The notes beneath the pieces were generated by a model. It made no database searches and had not been told where the DNA came from. It saw only the letters and a list, made by a program, of their open reading frames with translations. Made by a program: the position numbers and the translations under genes. This document shows, piece after piece, positions 1 to 13,643 of a stretch of DNA of 64,000 nucleotides. The stretch is from Phoronis australis (taxonomy: Eukaryota; Animalia; Phoronida). Location of the stretch: contig NMRA01000075.1 in assembly GCA_002633005.1 (NCBI GenBank), forward strand, positions 1-64,000, written 5' to 3'. How positions within the stretch are numbered: position 1 is the stretch's first letter; every line of letters begins with the position of its first letter.

Positions 1-864
1 AACATTGCTGTTGCGTTGGATGGCACAGAACCCGTTGATCAAGTCCCAAAATTTGAAGGCATTATTGAGTCCGAAAATTTTTGTCAAATTTCACGAAAAT
101 AAATCCGTTGTCCAGATATGCAGAAGCAAACGCAAGAAATCAAACTGGCAGTAGGAGTACAGCCTAGTCGAATCCGTTCATGTGTCGTCAATCTATTTAG
201 GGTTAGACTTGTCAAATTTTGAAACGACCCTGCACGGGGCTTAACAGATACAGTTGCAGATGGGTCTATCGCCAGGGGACACCAAATTAGTTGAACCAAT
301 TTTCAAAATGATCTGTGGGGAGCTTTGGCGTATAAAGAGGAGTGCAGGCAAAAAAAGAAATCAAGTCTTGAATCAGTTGTCACTGGGTAGCGTATGATTT
401 ATCGAATACATTCAAAAACAGGTGGCGTAGTCGGCTTTTTAGTAGACAACTTATTTGCCCAAAGTAATGAAAATCCAATATGGAACTCCAAAGGTGGTGA
501 GACAAATAAAAATTACAAAACTGGGACAAGGAGGAAAGCCCTAGTAGTATCAGTCCAAAAATCGTCATCTGACGTCAGCCTCACGGAATCACAACTGCTA
601 AACATCGTTGAGATCCTGGGAGGAGGGTATCAGGAGATACAATGAGACAGAGCTGAGGGCAAATTTATACGTGTGGCGCGTGAATATGTGCTAGTGTGTG
701 TTATGATTATCAAAAATGGTAACATTCTTTTCTTGTAAAGCAATCACCTGGCGAAATTATTATCTGAGTTTTCTAATCATCAACATTAACTTAAAGATAT
801 GTTTGAAAACCGTCACTTCATTTACTGGTGTGTGTTGTAACAAGCGAGATTAACAAACAAATAC

Positions 865-3800
865 CTGTAGCGTGTTCTCTGGATTTTCAAGATGTGGAAA
901 TTCCCTCAATAACGCTCGTGCAATGAGGCCGTATTCCTTCTGGTCAGGGTAACTAAAAGAATAACATGAGACATTAGAAACACATAGAATAGCAAATGCC
1001 AACTAAACTACGGTGTACCGCATTGTTCATTGGGACTGTTTTAAAGAGGTCCTTGAAAGCGAGAAATGGACTACATTTCACTAGCCAGAATAGTTCTCTG
1101 CCACTGAAACAGAATTCGTTCACCTGGAAAATATTTATTTTGGGAGACTATAACAGCCTTAGTTTGACTACGAAATCTCGTAGAGACAACATACTTACAT
1201 GTTATTGAACTTTTTATCTAAATCGTCCAATGCCGTGAGGATCAATGACGACTGTTCTGATTTACTCAACGGCTCTTTTTCTGTCAGCTTTTGTAACAAA
1301 TGTTTAGAAAGAGATTCCACTGGCCATTTATAATCTAAGGGAATGTGCTTCGTCTCTCCACTTGCACTGAAAAGGCCAAAACACCAAATATATCATTCAT
1401 TCATTGAAATCGAAATGAAAAACACAACAGGAGCCAGCTGCTGTAATTCAACAAGATGTTCTGCTACCTGCTATTGAAGTGTAGTGCTGCCCCTGAGACA
1501 ACAGCATGTCTTGTTTAATCAAATCAAAACTCTTACTCACACGTTGATCCTGAGGTGGTGGGTACTTGCTCTAAATAGTTTAAATAGTCATACTTTGCAC
1601 TGACTTTTCAAATTTGTACCAAACTGGTTTTTCTGCTGCTTCAGAGAATTGGTGACTAAATTCGCCGTAACATTGACAGATAGGTTGAAAAAGTTACCAG
1701 AAAAAATATAAACTGATCGTACAATCCCAAAACATTACATGACACTCATTTGACATCTTGGATTAGAAAATCAAGAGTGCGACAGAACCTTGCAACTTTC
1801 TTAATACTTTGGTCAAAAGGATTTGTCATTCTTTAGTGACACCAAATTGAACAGGTGCTTAAGAAACGAAACGACATGACGCTGAGTATGCATCATATTT
1901 TGAAATACTCACTGCTACTAAAAGACACTGTGAAGATGAACAAAAAATAGAAAAAACAACGTGTATTGAGATGTAAAATAACGATTGAGTAAATTCAAAC
2001 ACACCCTTCCGTTAAAGCCTGAACAAAGGAAACACTCCTGGTGTCTCTACTGTAACTAATGGCCCAGTTCCTATAAAGGCAATAAATCGTTCGTGATGTC
2101 ACAATTTAAACATGCAATTCGTCATGTTTATCTTCATTAAAACGAAAATAAAGCAGGCGTTCTACCCGCTAGGAATAGATTTCTCTTTCATGGGAATTTT
2201 TTTTCCATTCCATCAGGGACCCACGAAAATGTTTAAGAGTTAAGTGTGTTTAGTCAACCTGAAAATTCTGAAATCGAAAATGACGCACCTAGCCGCATTG
2301 CTCGCGACTCAACTTGACTGGAAATGGAAATTGAACCATGTCACGATAAGTGATATTGTGAGACAAGTTTATGAGAGAAAAGGCCTAGTTCGATTAACTT
2401 TTTAGCCAGCCTCTCGAAATTTAGCTTTAAACAAGGGTATTTTAAGAAATGGAAATGGTAAAACAATTTGGTGGAACGGGCATATCTTTTAATTCATCAC
2501 GTAAAATTTATGATTCCTGAAAAGAGTACGAAATAATTGTTTTATCCCATAAGCGTTGAACCTGTCAAATGCAATACTGCCATGAGATATTGTATTTGGT
2601 ATCACCTTCCCAGAACTAATTTAACTGTGGCCTCTGACATGGAAAGTTTTCAGAAGGTACGGGAGGTCAATGTCGAATTGACAACAATAGGCGGTTTGAT
2701 CATCAAACTTTCCCAAAATAGTTTAAACTAGTAGCATTGCTGCAGTGTAAATAACAATGAGCATACAACCCGGTCTCTAACAGAACATCTGTTACATGTA
2801 CGAAACTGTTAATCATATGACACTTTAGTGTCAGTTTTATTTGCTAATAGTTATATCGTCTAAAACGCAGGCGACGATTCCACGGTAGCTACATTGTAAA
2901 ATATTGTTTTAATTTAATCATTTTCGGGAAATGTTACAACGTCGTGCACAATTTCCGTTGCTGTCATCTTTGTTATCTCGCTTCAAGTGATAAATCATAA
3001 TAACTGAAACTGTTTTGTTTTACAGGAGAAAGCATTTAATAACGCGCAAATACATGAGCATATAGATTTGAACAGTTTGAGTTAAGTATTTAAAAATCTT
3101 CCGAAATATTGAAACAGACTTAAATAAGGTCGATACGCGGAATAATGGCTCGTGGGATATGACTTTATTTACGCCGCTCTCGGTACATTTGGTGGATGTA
3201 TGCACAAACAAAGCAGTTTTAATTTATACATCAGTGTGTACATGTAAGTGATAGATGAAAATGGGTCAAGGCTTGAATTATGGAATTGTTTGTGAAGAAT
3301 CAAAATGGAAAAGGAATTTAGTAATGATTGACAGATGAACAAAGCTTTAGCACCGAAGTTAATTAATACTTGGTGCTTTACGTGTGGAAATCGCACATTT
3401 TTTCTACTAAAATATTTGTTTCCCCGATTCAAAACATTCCCGGACTAAGGAAAAATGTACCCTATTTGAAAACGCCCATGCTAAGCAAGTTCATCCCCGT
3501 GGCTCACCCTGGACATCAAAGAAAACATATTTTTTGGAATAAAACTGTCTCGCTTATTTAAATAATCTGATTTAGCTTGATTAGCTCATACACTGATTAT
3601 CCACAAAATATAACATCAGCAGCTTGTGGCTATGTAAATTATTACAACGAAATGTTGTCTTTGATAAAATTGTCATTGCCAGAAGTTCGAGGTACGCAAA
3701 CCGGTCGAGTTGCCCAATTTCGATCGATGAGTGTATTGAACATGTGACTGTTTTTCTGATAGGTATCACATTAGTACAGTCAATGTAGATCAGTGGATCC

Positions 3801-4482
3801 GTTATATTGCTGGCTATCGAATGTATCGCCATATTTTTGCTTTCACTGGGCGTCAGAGACAATGGTATGTTTAGTAATATGAGACGTGCGTACAAAAGGT
3901 TATGAGAACAGCACCCTTTCCTACAACCCTATCATTGCCATAGCAACGCCAGGCGGACTACATTTTCGGGATGAACCACTGTTGTGTTGAACGTCTTTGT
4001 TAAATCAATAAAAACCTTGTCTCTGATGAATTAACTCAGTTTCTTTTATCAGGGTCACGACTCAGTAAAATCACGCCGATTAAAATCTAACGATACCACA
4101 TCTAATATGTATATGTAAGCACACTGTTCTCTAAATGGCTATAAGTAACACACATGTATCGCACTGTACCTGTTTGGGTTACTGCATGAACTCACAGTTG
4201 CTGGTTGAGGGTCAACATGTTCATCCTCAGCAGGCAGCCGTGCATGACATGCACCCCTGAGAGTAATGTGTACTTTCGCTCTATCAGGCAACTCCTGAGG
4301 ACTATCCACCAAGACAATGTCGTTATCCCACTCAGGATCTTCATAATGCAGTTTCAATGGGGTGTCAGAATGGATTTTAAATAGTCTCTTAATTTCCAGT
4401 GGTAGCAGGCTTTTGTCACACACAACAATCTTACGTTGGTCTCCTTCATATTTCACCAAGTAGTTGAAACCACTTTTGTTCC
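865..4482 (-). pseudogene. Spliced PB1-like/SAMD3-like gene relic; exons ~4482-4170, 1570-1541, 1366-1199, 952-865, possibly a stop-containing exon near 744-787
   Basis: YLVKYEGDQRKIVV...LEIKRLFKI...LHYEDPEWDNDIVLVDSPQELPDRAKVHI is PB1-like. Downstream exons have GT-AG ends and matching phase 2 joins, giving ...LDKKFNNI-YPDQKEYGLIARALLREFPHLE, resembling SAMD3-like proteins. The next candidate exon has TAA TAA in frame. Confidence 0.55.
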
Positions 4483-4730
4483 CTGTTGTAAATGCAATGG
4501 TAGATGTACTGTCACAGTTTATGACTAACTGTATCACGTGACAATCAGAACAAAGATCTAAGAACTGCAGGAAAGAAACCTGGGCAGCAAGTAGATGGTG
4601 AAACATTGGCGGCAAGGTAGGTAGACTGCCTGGACCACAAGCTTCCGCATTTTATCAAAGGCTGGTAAATCTTCAACAGAAATAACGTGCGTAGGATAAG
4701 TTGATCGAAATTTTGAATGCTTTTAATTTG

Positions 4731-5134
4731 GGCCCGGTCTCTAATCTTTGTACTCGAGACGAACTCGAAACTATGTTTTTTTGTAATTTCTCTGCTCCTT
4801 TTGTGCGAACTTAAGATAATTGGTTAACAGACTGTGCTCAAATACATTACAGTTAATGCATAGGAGTTTCTAGTTCAAGTTTGCATTTGAAGACACTTAT
4901 ATTCGTGCTACAAACTCGAGTAAAAACTCGAAATTTCGAGTTCAAACTCGAACTTATTGCTTTAATATTGGGTTTTCAAACTGTGAACTAAGGGCAATAA
5001 ATTATCTACGTAAGTTATTGTGTACTCGAGCATAGAATAATAGACACTTATCTTGATTTCGCCCAAAAGTAGAGTAGAAAATGCCAAACCTAATTTCGAG
5101 TTCCATTTCGAGTAAAAAGATTGGAGGCCCGGCC
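4731..5134. mobile_element. PIF/Harbinger-type MITE, copy 1
   Basis: TIRs GGCCCGGTCTCTAATCTTT / AAAGATTGGAGGCCCGGCC, flanks TTG and CTG (3-bp CWG-type TSD); near-identical copy at 59282-59682. Confidence 0.8.
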
Positions 5135-5846
5135 CTGGTACACAGACGCATGCCCCCAACTTGGCCACCCCAGTGTCAAACACACTGAATCATTCAGCGA
5201 TTATGGCACTTCACGTATCTACTGAAGAAAGCTACATGCATGTACGCAGCCTAAAACGGGAGGCTTAAATTTTTGAGAATGTGAACTTTTTACTAAGATT
5301 CATGGGGTATGTTCAGAAATTTGCATTCACCGAATGTTGGTAGTTTCNAGTTAATGCATAGGAGTTGCTAGTTCAAGTTTGCCCTTGAAGACACTTATAT
5401 TCGTGCTACAAACTCGAGTAAAAACTCGAAATTTCGAGTTCAAACTCGAACTTATTGCTTTAATATTGGGTTTACAAACTGTGAACTAAGGGCAATAAAT
5501 TATCTACGTAAGTCACTGTGTACTCGAGCATAGAATAATAGACACTTATCTTGATTTTGCCCAAAAGTAGAGTAGAAAATGCCAAACCTAATTTCGAGTT
5601 CCATTTCGAGTAAAAAGATTGGAGGCCGGGCCCTGGTACACAGACGCATGCCCCCAACTTGGCCACCCCAGTGTCAAACACACTGATTCATTCAGCGATT
5701 ATGGCACTTCACTTATCTACTGAAGAAAGCTACATGCATGTACGCAGCCTAAAACGGGAGGCTTAAATTTTTGAGAATGTGAACTTTTTACTAAGATTCA
5801 TGGGGTATGTTCAGAAATTCGCATTCACCGAATGTTGGTAGTTTCT
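4851..5846. repeat. About 497-bp direct duplication across the single N at 5348 (probable haplotype-overlap assembly artefact)
   Basis: 4851-5347 is nearly identical to 5349-5846 and the junction is exactly the N. Confidence 0.8.
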
Positions 5847-7953
5847 ACCTGTTTTTTGACTTTCGTCTCGTTTCCTAATTTTCGCAGTTTTTGTTTTTCT
5901 GAGGCGGACTTTTTAGCCCACTTCTCCAAATGGGGGGCTGGCTCGCGCCTACCGAGCAAAGCCTGGATGCACTCAATAGCTTTTCAACATTCGGCGTGCA
6001 GCTTTACCAAATTTGCCGTTTCACGGTCCCCAATTGAGCTGTCATTTACAACGTTCCAACCGAATACACACAAGTCTTGTCTCACCAGATGGAATTCTTT
6101 TGGCGTTAACCACAATTCACTTCCGACACACTCAATTGTCAGATCCAGTTTTTTATCACAAATTGTATTCTTTTCTCTTGTACATGTATGATATATAGCC
6201 GTTTCTTCGGGCGTCTATAAGTTTGATTGACTTACTACACGGTTAAAGGGCTCATTTTTTACGTGAAGGAAACCGAGATGGGACTATTTTTATAGTATTG
6301 TTCTCGTCTCAAACATGCGACAACGAATCATTTCATACACAAAGTGAAGGTTGGTACACGGTTTGTCCCGCGTTGAGTATAGAAGTCGCTCGAGACGTAG
6401 TTATGAAAAAAGAACCACGTCAAGAAAAATTGTGTTCTTTTGACATTGAGACAATTAACATGCGAACGTCCGTGAAGACCGTGAGAGAGGATGATTGACT
6501 GCTCATTTTATTTACACCCATTATGACTGGGAAGTGTTCACCGTTTGAATTGAAGCACATTCATGGAGTTTAAGCTTTAAGCATAACAATTCATAAAATA
6601 ACGCCTCAGACACGGGATGGGCCGTTAAAGGGATACTAAACACTGCTTTATAAAGAATGACACTGTTATTGCACAACGACATACGAAACCAGTTTTCGTA
6701 ACCCACAATGCCGCAGTATCAGTTAGAGTGTTGCAGTCAGCAACTCCGACGTGAGAAAGTTGAATTTTTACAAACAACCGCTTGATGTTAAGTTAACCGC
6801 CCTCTCAACATTAAATAAAATCCAAAAACTGCGAGTGAATCACGGAAACAATATTGTTATGTTAGTTATGAGCCGCAGACAATACACAGCACATTTCAGA
6901 AATTTAAACGGTTAAAATCAGGAGTACGTCCACAGCCAATCACCTCAACGTTATCGAACACTAACCTGCGAGATTGTACCTGATTCAAAAACTATGAAAA
7001 AATAAAAAGCTTCATTACTTGCTGGCTGGTCCGGCAATCTGGAATAGACTTCAACAACGTAGTGTAGCTCTAAAAAAGCTAGACTTCGCGAGATATAGCA
7101 TGTATTTTCAATCCGTTAGACAGTTATTGAACTCTACCCGGGAGAGCTATTTCAACCAATCCCTGTTCTGTTCTGTTCCCTGGTAACGTACAGGTTGGGG
7201 TGTAACTTGTATTCTAACACACGGTTAATTGTGTATCGCCGCGAGAAAAAATCTAATCAAAATTACGTGCTCTAAACGATAATGCACGGCGATGTTTCGT
7301 AAGATCTTGCTTTTCTAGCAAGCGTTATACATGTAGGATTCGACTAAGGATCCAGTGTGACGTCAGTGCTGCTGTCATCAAATGGATCACTTGATTGTTG
7401 GTGGATGGTTTTTCACCGCAGTTTTGGAATAAGTCGTACAATTGCCGTTTTAGCACACTTTGTAAACGAGCTTTCAACTTTGTTGGTTGAGTTAGAATGC
7501 ATCATTCAGTTTTAGGTCAGATAGAAAATTCTTTATTCATTTCTGTTGAAATATGCCAAAACCGACTTCCGGTATTTTTATCTTGATGGCAAGCAAACCA
7601 GAGCTTAAAAAATAAGCATGATGTGTTTGGTCTCAACCAAATACTGACAGTGTTTATTTTGGAAAACCTTGAGAACTAATCAGAAGTACAACATTGGCTC
7701 CTATCTGAAATAATGCGAAAATAGAGGCAAGATGTCCTCCAAGGACTTAAATTAACCCACGATCGCCCCAAAATGTTTTTGAAATAAATGTTTGGCTCGA
7801 CAGTTGTGAGAAGTATGGCCATGCCTCTAAGCTACCACACGCTGTTGCAAACTGCCTGTTATGTGTTTTTGTTATTCACAGCAGCTTCCACCGATTACTA
7901 AAGTTTTCATCTAAACAAGTGAGTGCCCAAATGATGACATGTGTGCACTGACT

Positions 7954-8301
7954 TCACATATAGGTGCGTAGTTTTACCACAATGTGTGGATGTTCAGTTC
8001 TTTTATGTTTGTTTTTTATCCCCACGTGCAGTGCCAGTAAAAGACACAATGTACTACCTATCAGCTTATAATCCACACTCGGTTGTTTCATCATCCCGCC
8101 ATCTCTACTTTTCACTAACTCGCTAACACCCTCATCAACCATAGGTTCAGCTTCACCCGTTGAGTTTTCATGACTTTCCAGCTCCGACAGTAGTAACGGA
8201 AGCTGGGCTGACCGTACGCTTGCTCCCTTCTCCACAGCCGCGAGCTCTTGATCAATGCCTTCTTCCGAGAGATTTTGTTTCCTGCTCTGCCGCATGTAGT
8301 T
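7954..8301 (-). CDS. Candidate terminal exon of the ankyrin gene (NYMRQSRKQNLSEEGIDQELAAVEKGASVRSA...)
   Basis: TTCAG acceptor, phase 0, compatible with the donor at 10977. An alternative candidate terminal exon is 10593-10540 (LAEGTDGGSKENWLESD*). Confidence 0.35.
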   Translation of the reverse strand, partial: NYMRQSRKQNLSEEGIDQELAAVEKGASVRSAQLPLLLSELESHENSTGEAEPMVDEGVSELVKSRDGGMMKQPSVDYKLIGSTLCLLLALHVGIKNKHKRTEHPHIVVKLRTYM

Positions 8302-10977
8302 CTGAAGCCAACATCGAAACATCATTTTATGTAACACAAATGCTCACAAGGCTCCGATCAAATGCCTTTAATCCACCAATATTTATTTCACAAATGGAAG
8401 ACAGGACCAAGTATGTACGTTCAGGTGGAGTAGCCATATTGTTATTACCCGGCCTGAAGGATTGTTTAGTGGCTAATTAGCTGTCAATGGAACATTCTGG
8501 ACCGAGGTGAGTGCTAAGGGTTTAAGACTGCATTGTTACCGAATGAGCACAGGCGATGCTTGCATGCACAATTTCGGAATCTCGGCAATATTAGGGTTCT
8601 TCAATCCTGAATACGAAACATTTTTCTTGAATCGGTCATATAGTATAGGCAAAAGAAAACGGACAAAACGAACAGGTATTCCGCATTGTCACGGCTGAGT
8701 GCAAGGGTAAATCTGCGTAAAAAGTAGTGTGTGAAAATAGAATTGACTGCCGATAACACTCATCAGTCATGGCGCGTCAATTTAGGGAGAACTTATAAAA
8801 ACAAAAAGGTTATATTTTGGGTTTTTATTGTTCGGATAAACAGTGTAGGCAAGAAAAATGTCTGACATCATTAAACCGCTCTTAAAAGGGGTATATAACA
8901 CTTTGACGTATTAGTCCTCATGTAATTGCAATACTGTACATGTAAAATAAAAATGCAACTAAACTAGCACTTATTTTGAGAAATAATTGAGGAAATATGA
9001 AGATTTAGAGAGCGACCTGGACATGTATTATAGAGACAGGTATGGAGATGTTGTGAAGACGACACTCGGGCCTTAGGTGAAACAGCTAATGAAGTGGAAA
9101 CGCAAAAACAGGTAATGTGCTGGAAACGCAAAAACTGAAATATTGCCTTTCCGAGTGCTATTACTGCAATTTGGCACATGCAACTATTCATAATATTCAG
9201 TCGAAGTGATTTTGAGATCGCTACCTCTCACAGCCGAAGATTTTTTTGTCACAACTGGTGCGGAATACAATTGCGGAGCGGAATCCCCAGATGACGTCAC
9301 ACATATTCCATTTAGTTCATGATTAAAAGTACACCAATTGAAGAACAATATTTAAAACATGATACCAACATTATTGGTAACGGAATGCAAGCATTTATGA
9401 CCATTGTGTGAAGAGCAGACGACCTATACATTGTAGTCATAGGTAACGTATTGCCACATACCTGTAATTACACGTGGGAGGCGCTGTATCTGTTGGAAGT
9501 TGCATTGGATAAAAAACTTCCCCATCTACATCTACAGTGCATACATGCATGTGTGGTCAATTCGTGTCATTTATATGTTGCAGCGGGAAGTTTTTTTTTA
9601 ACTTGGTTTTCGGGACTGTTCGTTGATTATGATTTTGCATCGTCTGAGTAGTAGCAGCAGGCATCGGTGTAGTAAAATGTGTTCAGTAAATTGGAAATTA
9701 CCGTAGGTCAACTTACTCGATCGCTCTACATGATGGACTATTGCAGTGGCATCGGAAGATTGTGTTTAAGATTACAACACCTATAGTCCGTCATTTGAAC
9801 AAGTGTCGAGAAAACTGCAGTCGAAACTGACCGCACGGAAGCGGAATTGTTTGGTTTATTTTGGCGTGTGCTGTAGTTTCTATGAGCTTAGAAATGAAAT
9901 ACATGGCGATTCCTAGCGCGGGTAAAGCATATTGCATCACTAAACTGTTTATTAGAGTAAAAGGGCTTATGTGGTACTGGCATTACTGATTAGTGTTGAA
10001 ACCAGCTAATCTGGGCGAAATACAGTTTTAATGTGATATATTATCGGTTACTTAAGGATATGCAAAATATTTGTTCCCTCGCAACACCAGTTCTGCACGC
10101 GACTACGTTGACCGTGCAAGCAAATCATGGCACCCCTGCCAGTCTTCATGTTAAGCATGACGTCATTTGACGCTATGGATCCAGTCAAATGAAATTAAAA
10201 TGATGAAATTAAAAACAGTGATGGTCATGGGCAGAGTTAAGTAAAACATCAAACCACTTCAAACGTTAGGCCTATATTTCCTGGCCATGGACCTGATCAT
10301 TCACAATCCTTCTGAACTCCCAGGGAGCACAATGGGTGAAAGCTTTGTGCAAACCGCGTTGTCAGACCACATAGATTAATCCAAACACACGTACAGTTAT
10401 GTCAAAAGAATCCAGTGCTCAATTAAATGAATCGGAAAAAGACCAGGAAAATTTTCGAAAATGTAATGTGTGTGTATATCAAATCGTTGTTGCACCTATT
10501 CACGTCACAATAGTGACAAATACTATGAATTTGAATTGATTAGTCCGACTCCAACCAGTTTTCTTTGGAACCACCATCTGTCCCTTCTGCCAACTAGGAC
10601 CAAGTCATGTACAATTATAGCAATGTTTTCAACACGCGTGTACTACGCACCACATGACACTCACTTTGTTCATTGTGTGTGTCATTCTAGTGTTCGATTG
10701 TTCAAGTGTTCACAGTTTATCTGTTTGGATTCCCAAATGCGATATTTTGAGTCATGTTACGAAATTAAACATCTGGACTGATGTGGCATGGCTTGCTTAA
10801 ACACTTCTTTTTACCACTACACAAGAGAAGTGTTTCTCTCGGTAATCTGATGGCAGCAATATTAATGAAGAACGATAATGACGCCATGGTCACCATGTTA
10901 GTAACAAGAACATTTAATAAACCATTATGATACTGCTTAAGTACTAACAGTTTCAAAAATATTTCACTGTTGCGTAC

Positions 10978-11127
10978 CTCAAGAATTTTCTTTATTTTTT
11001 TGACACGCTTAGGCTCCTCCATGTTATGGTCGCTCTCTTCCGTGTCATCGTCGCTCTCTTCCCCGACATCGTCCCTCAAGTATCCATAGTATTCCTTCCC
11101 ACAGACATCGTAAGCAGTTTTTCCTTC
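10978..11127 (-). CDS. Ankyrin gene C-terminal cap exon with acidic insert (EGKTAYDVCGKEYYGYLRDDVGEESDDDTEESD...IKKILE)
   Basis: ttacag acceptor, GAG|GTACGC donor, 150 bp, phase 0-0; GKTAYD is the typical start of a final ankyrin half-repeat. Confidence 0.75.
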
Positions 11128-12868
11128 CTGTAAATTACATATTTTAATTCGCATCAAAATTAAAATGAGCAATACTTTCAAAAAAATAAAACTACATATA
11201 GCATGCAACGGGTATCATAGACACAAGAATTAACGTTCACACGGGAACTTTTAGCCATAGTATTGTGCAATGCTTGCATGTGTAAGCTTGGCAAATTCAA
11301 ACCTTAAGGAACTATCCTAGAACTAAGATGTACATGTATCAGCACAAAATACACAAACTGAAAAATTAAACTTGTGTCTTCAGTTGCAGCAGAATTCTTT
11401 GAACTGGAAGATCCTTTCATGAACATTTATTGTTGATGTTCAAATGTAATAGCAGCCTAGTTTGCAACTAATCAAACGTTTAGATGCTATTGTAGTGTAT
11501 ACTGACGGAAATGTTTCGATAATATATGTACATACATTACACATCAGCAATGACTTCCTTATATATACATACACACCATATGATTAATATACTTTTAAAT
11601 GATTGACAGCAGTGGCACTAAGAACACGTTTTAAGAATAAGTTCGACAATAGGCAATTTGAACACCTTAAAGCTAACAAGCTTTCTCAACAACATTTCCT
11701 ATAGAATTTATATCACTATTTTGACTTGAAAATATCAAGAAGTCTACTATCTGATATCTTCCCTATATCTATTTGATGGTCTTCAAATTTGCCAAACATT
11801 TTCTTACCGATTCCGTGAAAAACTATATCTTGTTAACTTGTACAGAATTAGGACTATAGCTATTAAGGAATATGGTCCCTATGTGTCTTATGTATTTCTG
11901 TAATATTTTACATGATAAACTGCTTACGTTTGACCTACATGTATTGATTTGGCACGTGTCAGAACTCAACTGTCTCCATCAACATTCAACTACGACGACA
12001 CTCAGTTCAAAAGTATCCTGCAGCTGCATGCCACAAGGTCCTCTAGCAAATACGCTGACCATGGTACATGTATATAGGATATATTGACTTGCTTGGTGAC
12101 TACATGTACTAGAGAGTCCACATAGATAAATCACGATACATCGGCCAGATAGTGGCCTCTTAACTGGCCGCTAGGTTCATCTATATAAATTAAGAGTAAC
12201 TCATTATACATGTATATCGGATACATTGACTTTTCTATTGGCCGTTAGGATCGCACATACAAAGCCTCCTCTTTATGGTGAATTTGGAAACATTTAATAT
12301 ACTGACCTCTTTACTTATCACCAAGAACACATATAATATCGGATGCATTGATTCCCGTAATGGCCACTAGGATAGTACATGCTTTTTCAAGGCCATATTT
12401 ACAAAACATTATTTAACCAGTGCCACCAGAGGGTAAGACTTCTAGTTCGAACTTACGGTATAACGGATACATTCTATGCATGTATTTCTTAGGGTTGTGG
12501 CCGGTACGCCGCCTGTTGGTTTGATCGCAAAAACAAGGAACTCTTTAATGTAAGATTGATAGGAAATAAAATCTGATCATATTATGGGAACCATGGTTTT
12601 GGTATCAATGCACCTTTCCTTCTTTCTTAAACCTTATTAACGATATGTTCACGTGACTCAAATAATGACAGATAAGTAAACGGTGACAAATCAAATTCAG
12701 CAGTTCCCTTAATGAAACCCAAATGTGTGTGTAAACACGACTGATACGGAACAAGTTGAAACCATTTCGACACCTGCTTGAGAAGTAGAGTGAGTTGCAC
12801 TACATCAGTAAGTCTGGAGAAAGACAATGATAACATACTTCAGAATTTGATTGGCACACTTATCTTAC

Positions 12869-12967
12869 CGTATTGGGAGCTGTGGCATCGACACCCTTTT
12901 TTAGAAGGAGTTCAACAACAGCTAGCTTGCCACGCCTAGACGCGAAGTGCAGGGGCGTGTCGCCTTC
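12869..12967 (-). CDS. Single ankyrin-repeat exon EGDTPLHFASRRGKLAVVELLLKKGVDATAPNT
   Basis: 99 bp, tag|GAA ... ACG|gtaaga, phase 0-0; matches the GxTPLHxA..G..xVVxLLLxxGAD consensus. Confidence 0.93.
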
Positions 12968-13544
12968 CTACAACAAGCATTAAAACGACTGACAAACCAT
13001 AAATATAATTACACCATTTCCATGTGTTTGGTGAACAACTCGTGTAAATGAAAGCGAGGTTGACCTATTTGAAGTCAAAATGTCAAAGAATATTATCAAA
13101 AATAAAACTGAGTTCAACACGAAGCATATATGATATCAAACATTATATGATTATTTTCATGCACATAGTAAAAGCAAAAGGAAAATATTTTAGAAGATTT
13201 TAACAACATTTTTGAAATCTCGTGCTCAAGATGGATAGGAAATAAAATCTGATCATATTATGGGAACCATGGTTTTGGTATCAACACACCTTTCCTTCTT
13301 TCTTAAGCCTTAATAACGATATGTTCACGTGACTCAAATAATGAAAGATAAGTAAACGGTGAAAAATCCAATTCAGCAGTTCCCTTAATGAAACCCAATT
13401 GTGTGTGTAAACACGACTGATACGGAACAAGTTGAAACCATTTTGACACCTGCTTGAGAATTAGAGTGAGTTGCACTACATCAGTAAGTCTGGAGAAAGA
13501 CAGTGATAACATACTTCAGAATTTGATTGGCACACTTATCTTAC

Positions 13545-13643
13545 CGTATTGGAGGCTGTGGCATCGGCACCCTTTTCTAGAAGGAGTTTAACAACATCTA
13601 GCTCGCCATCCTTAGACGCGAAGTGCAGGGGCGTGTCGCCTTC
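13545..13643 (-). CDS. Single ankyrin-repeat exon EGDTPLHFASKDGELDVVKLLLEKGADATASNT
   Basis: 99 bp, same splice sites and phase as the paralogous exon 676 bp away. Confidence 0.93.

Noticed and set aside
3620-4100. Possible solo LTR (TGTGG...CCACA with AATAAA)
   Set aside because: No matching TSD or second copy.
4851-5846. Apparent tandem gene duplication (twin MFDTGVAKLG ORFs)
   Set aside because: The ORFs run through a MITE and the duplication is centred on an N join; most likely a haplotype overlap.
5850-6190. Decayed minus-strand coding-like stretch
   Set aside because: It contains a stop and has no family motif I can recognise.
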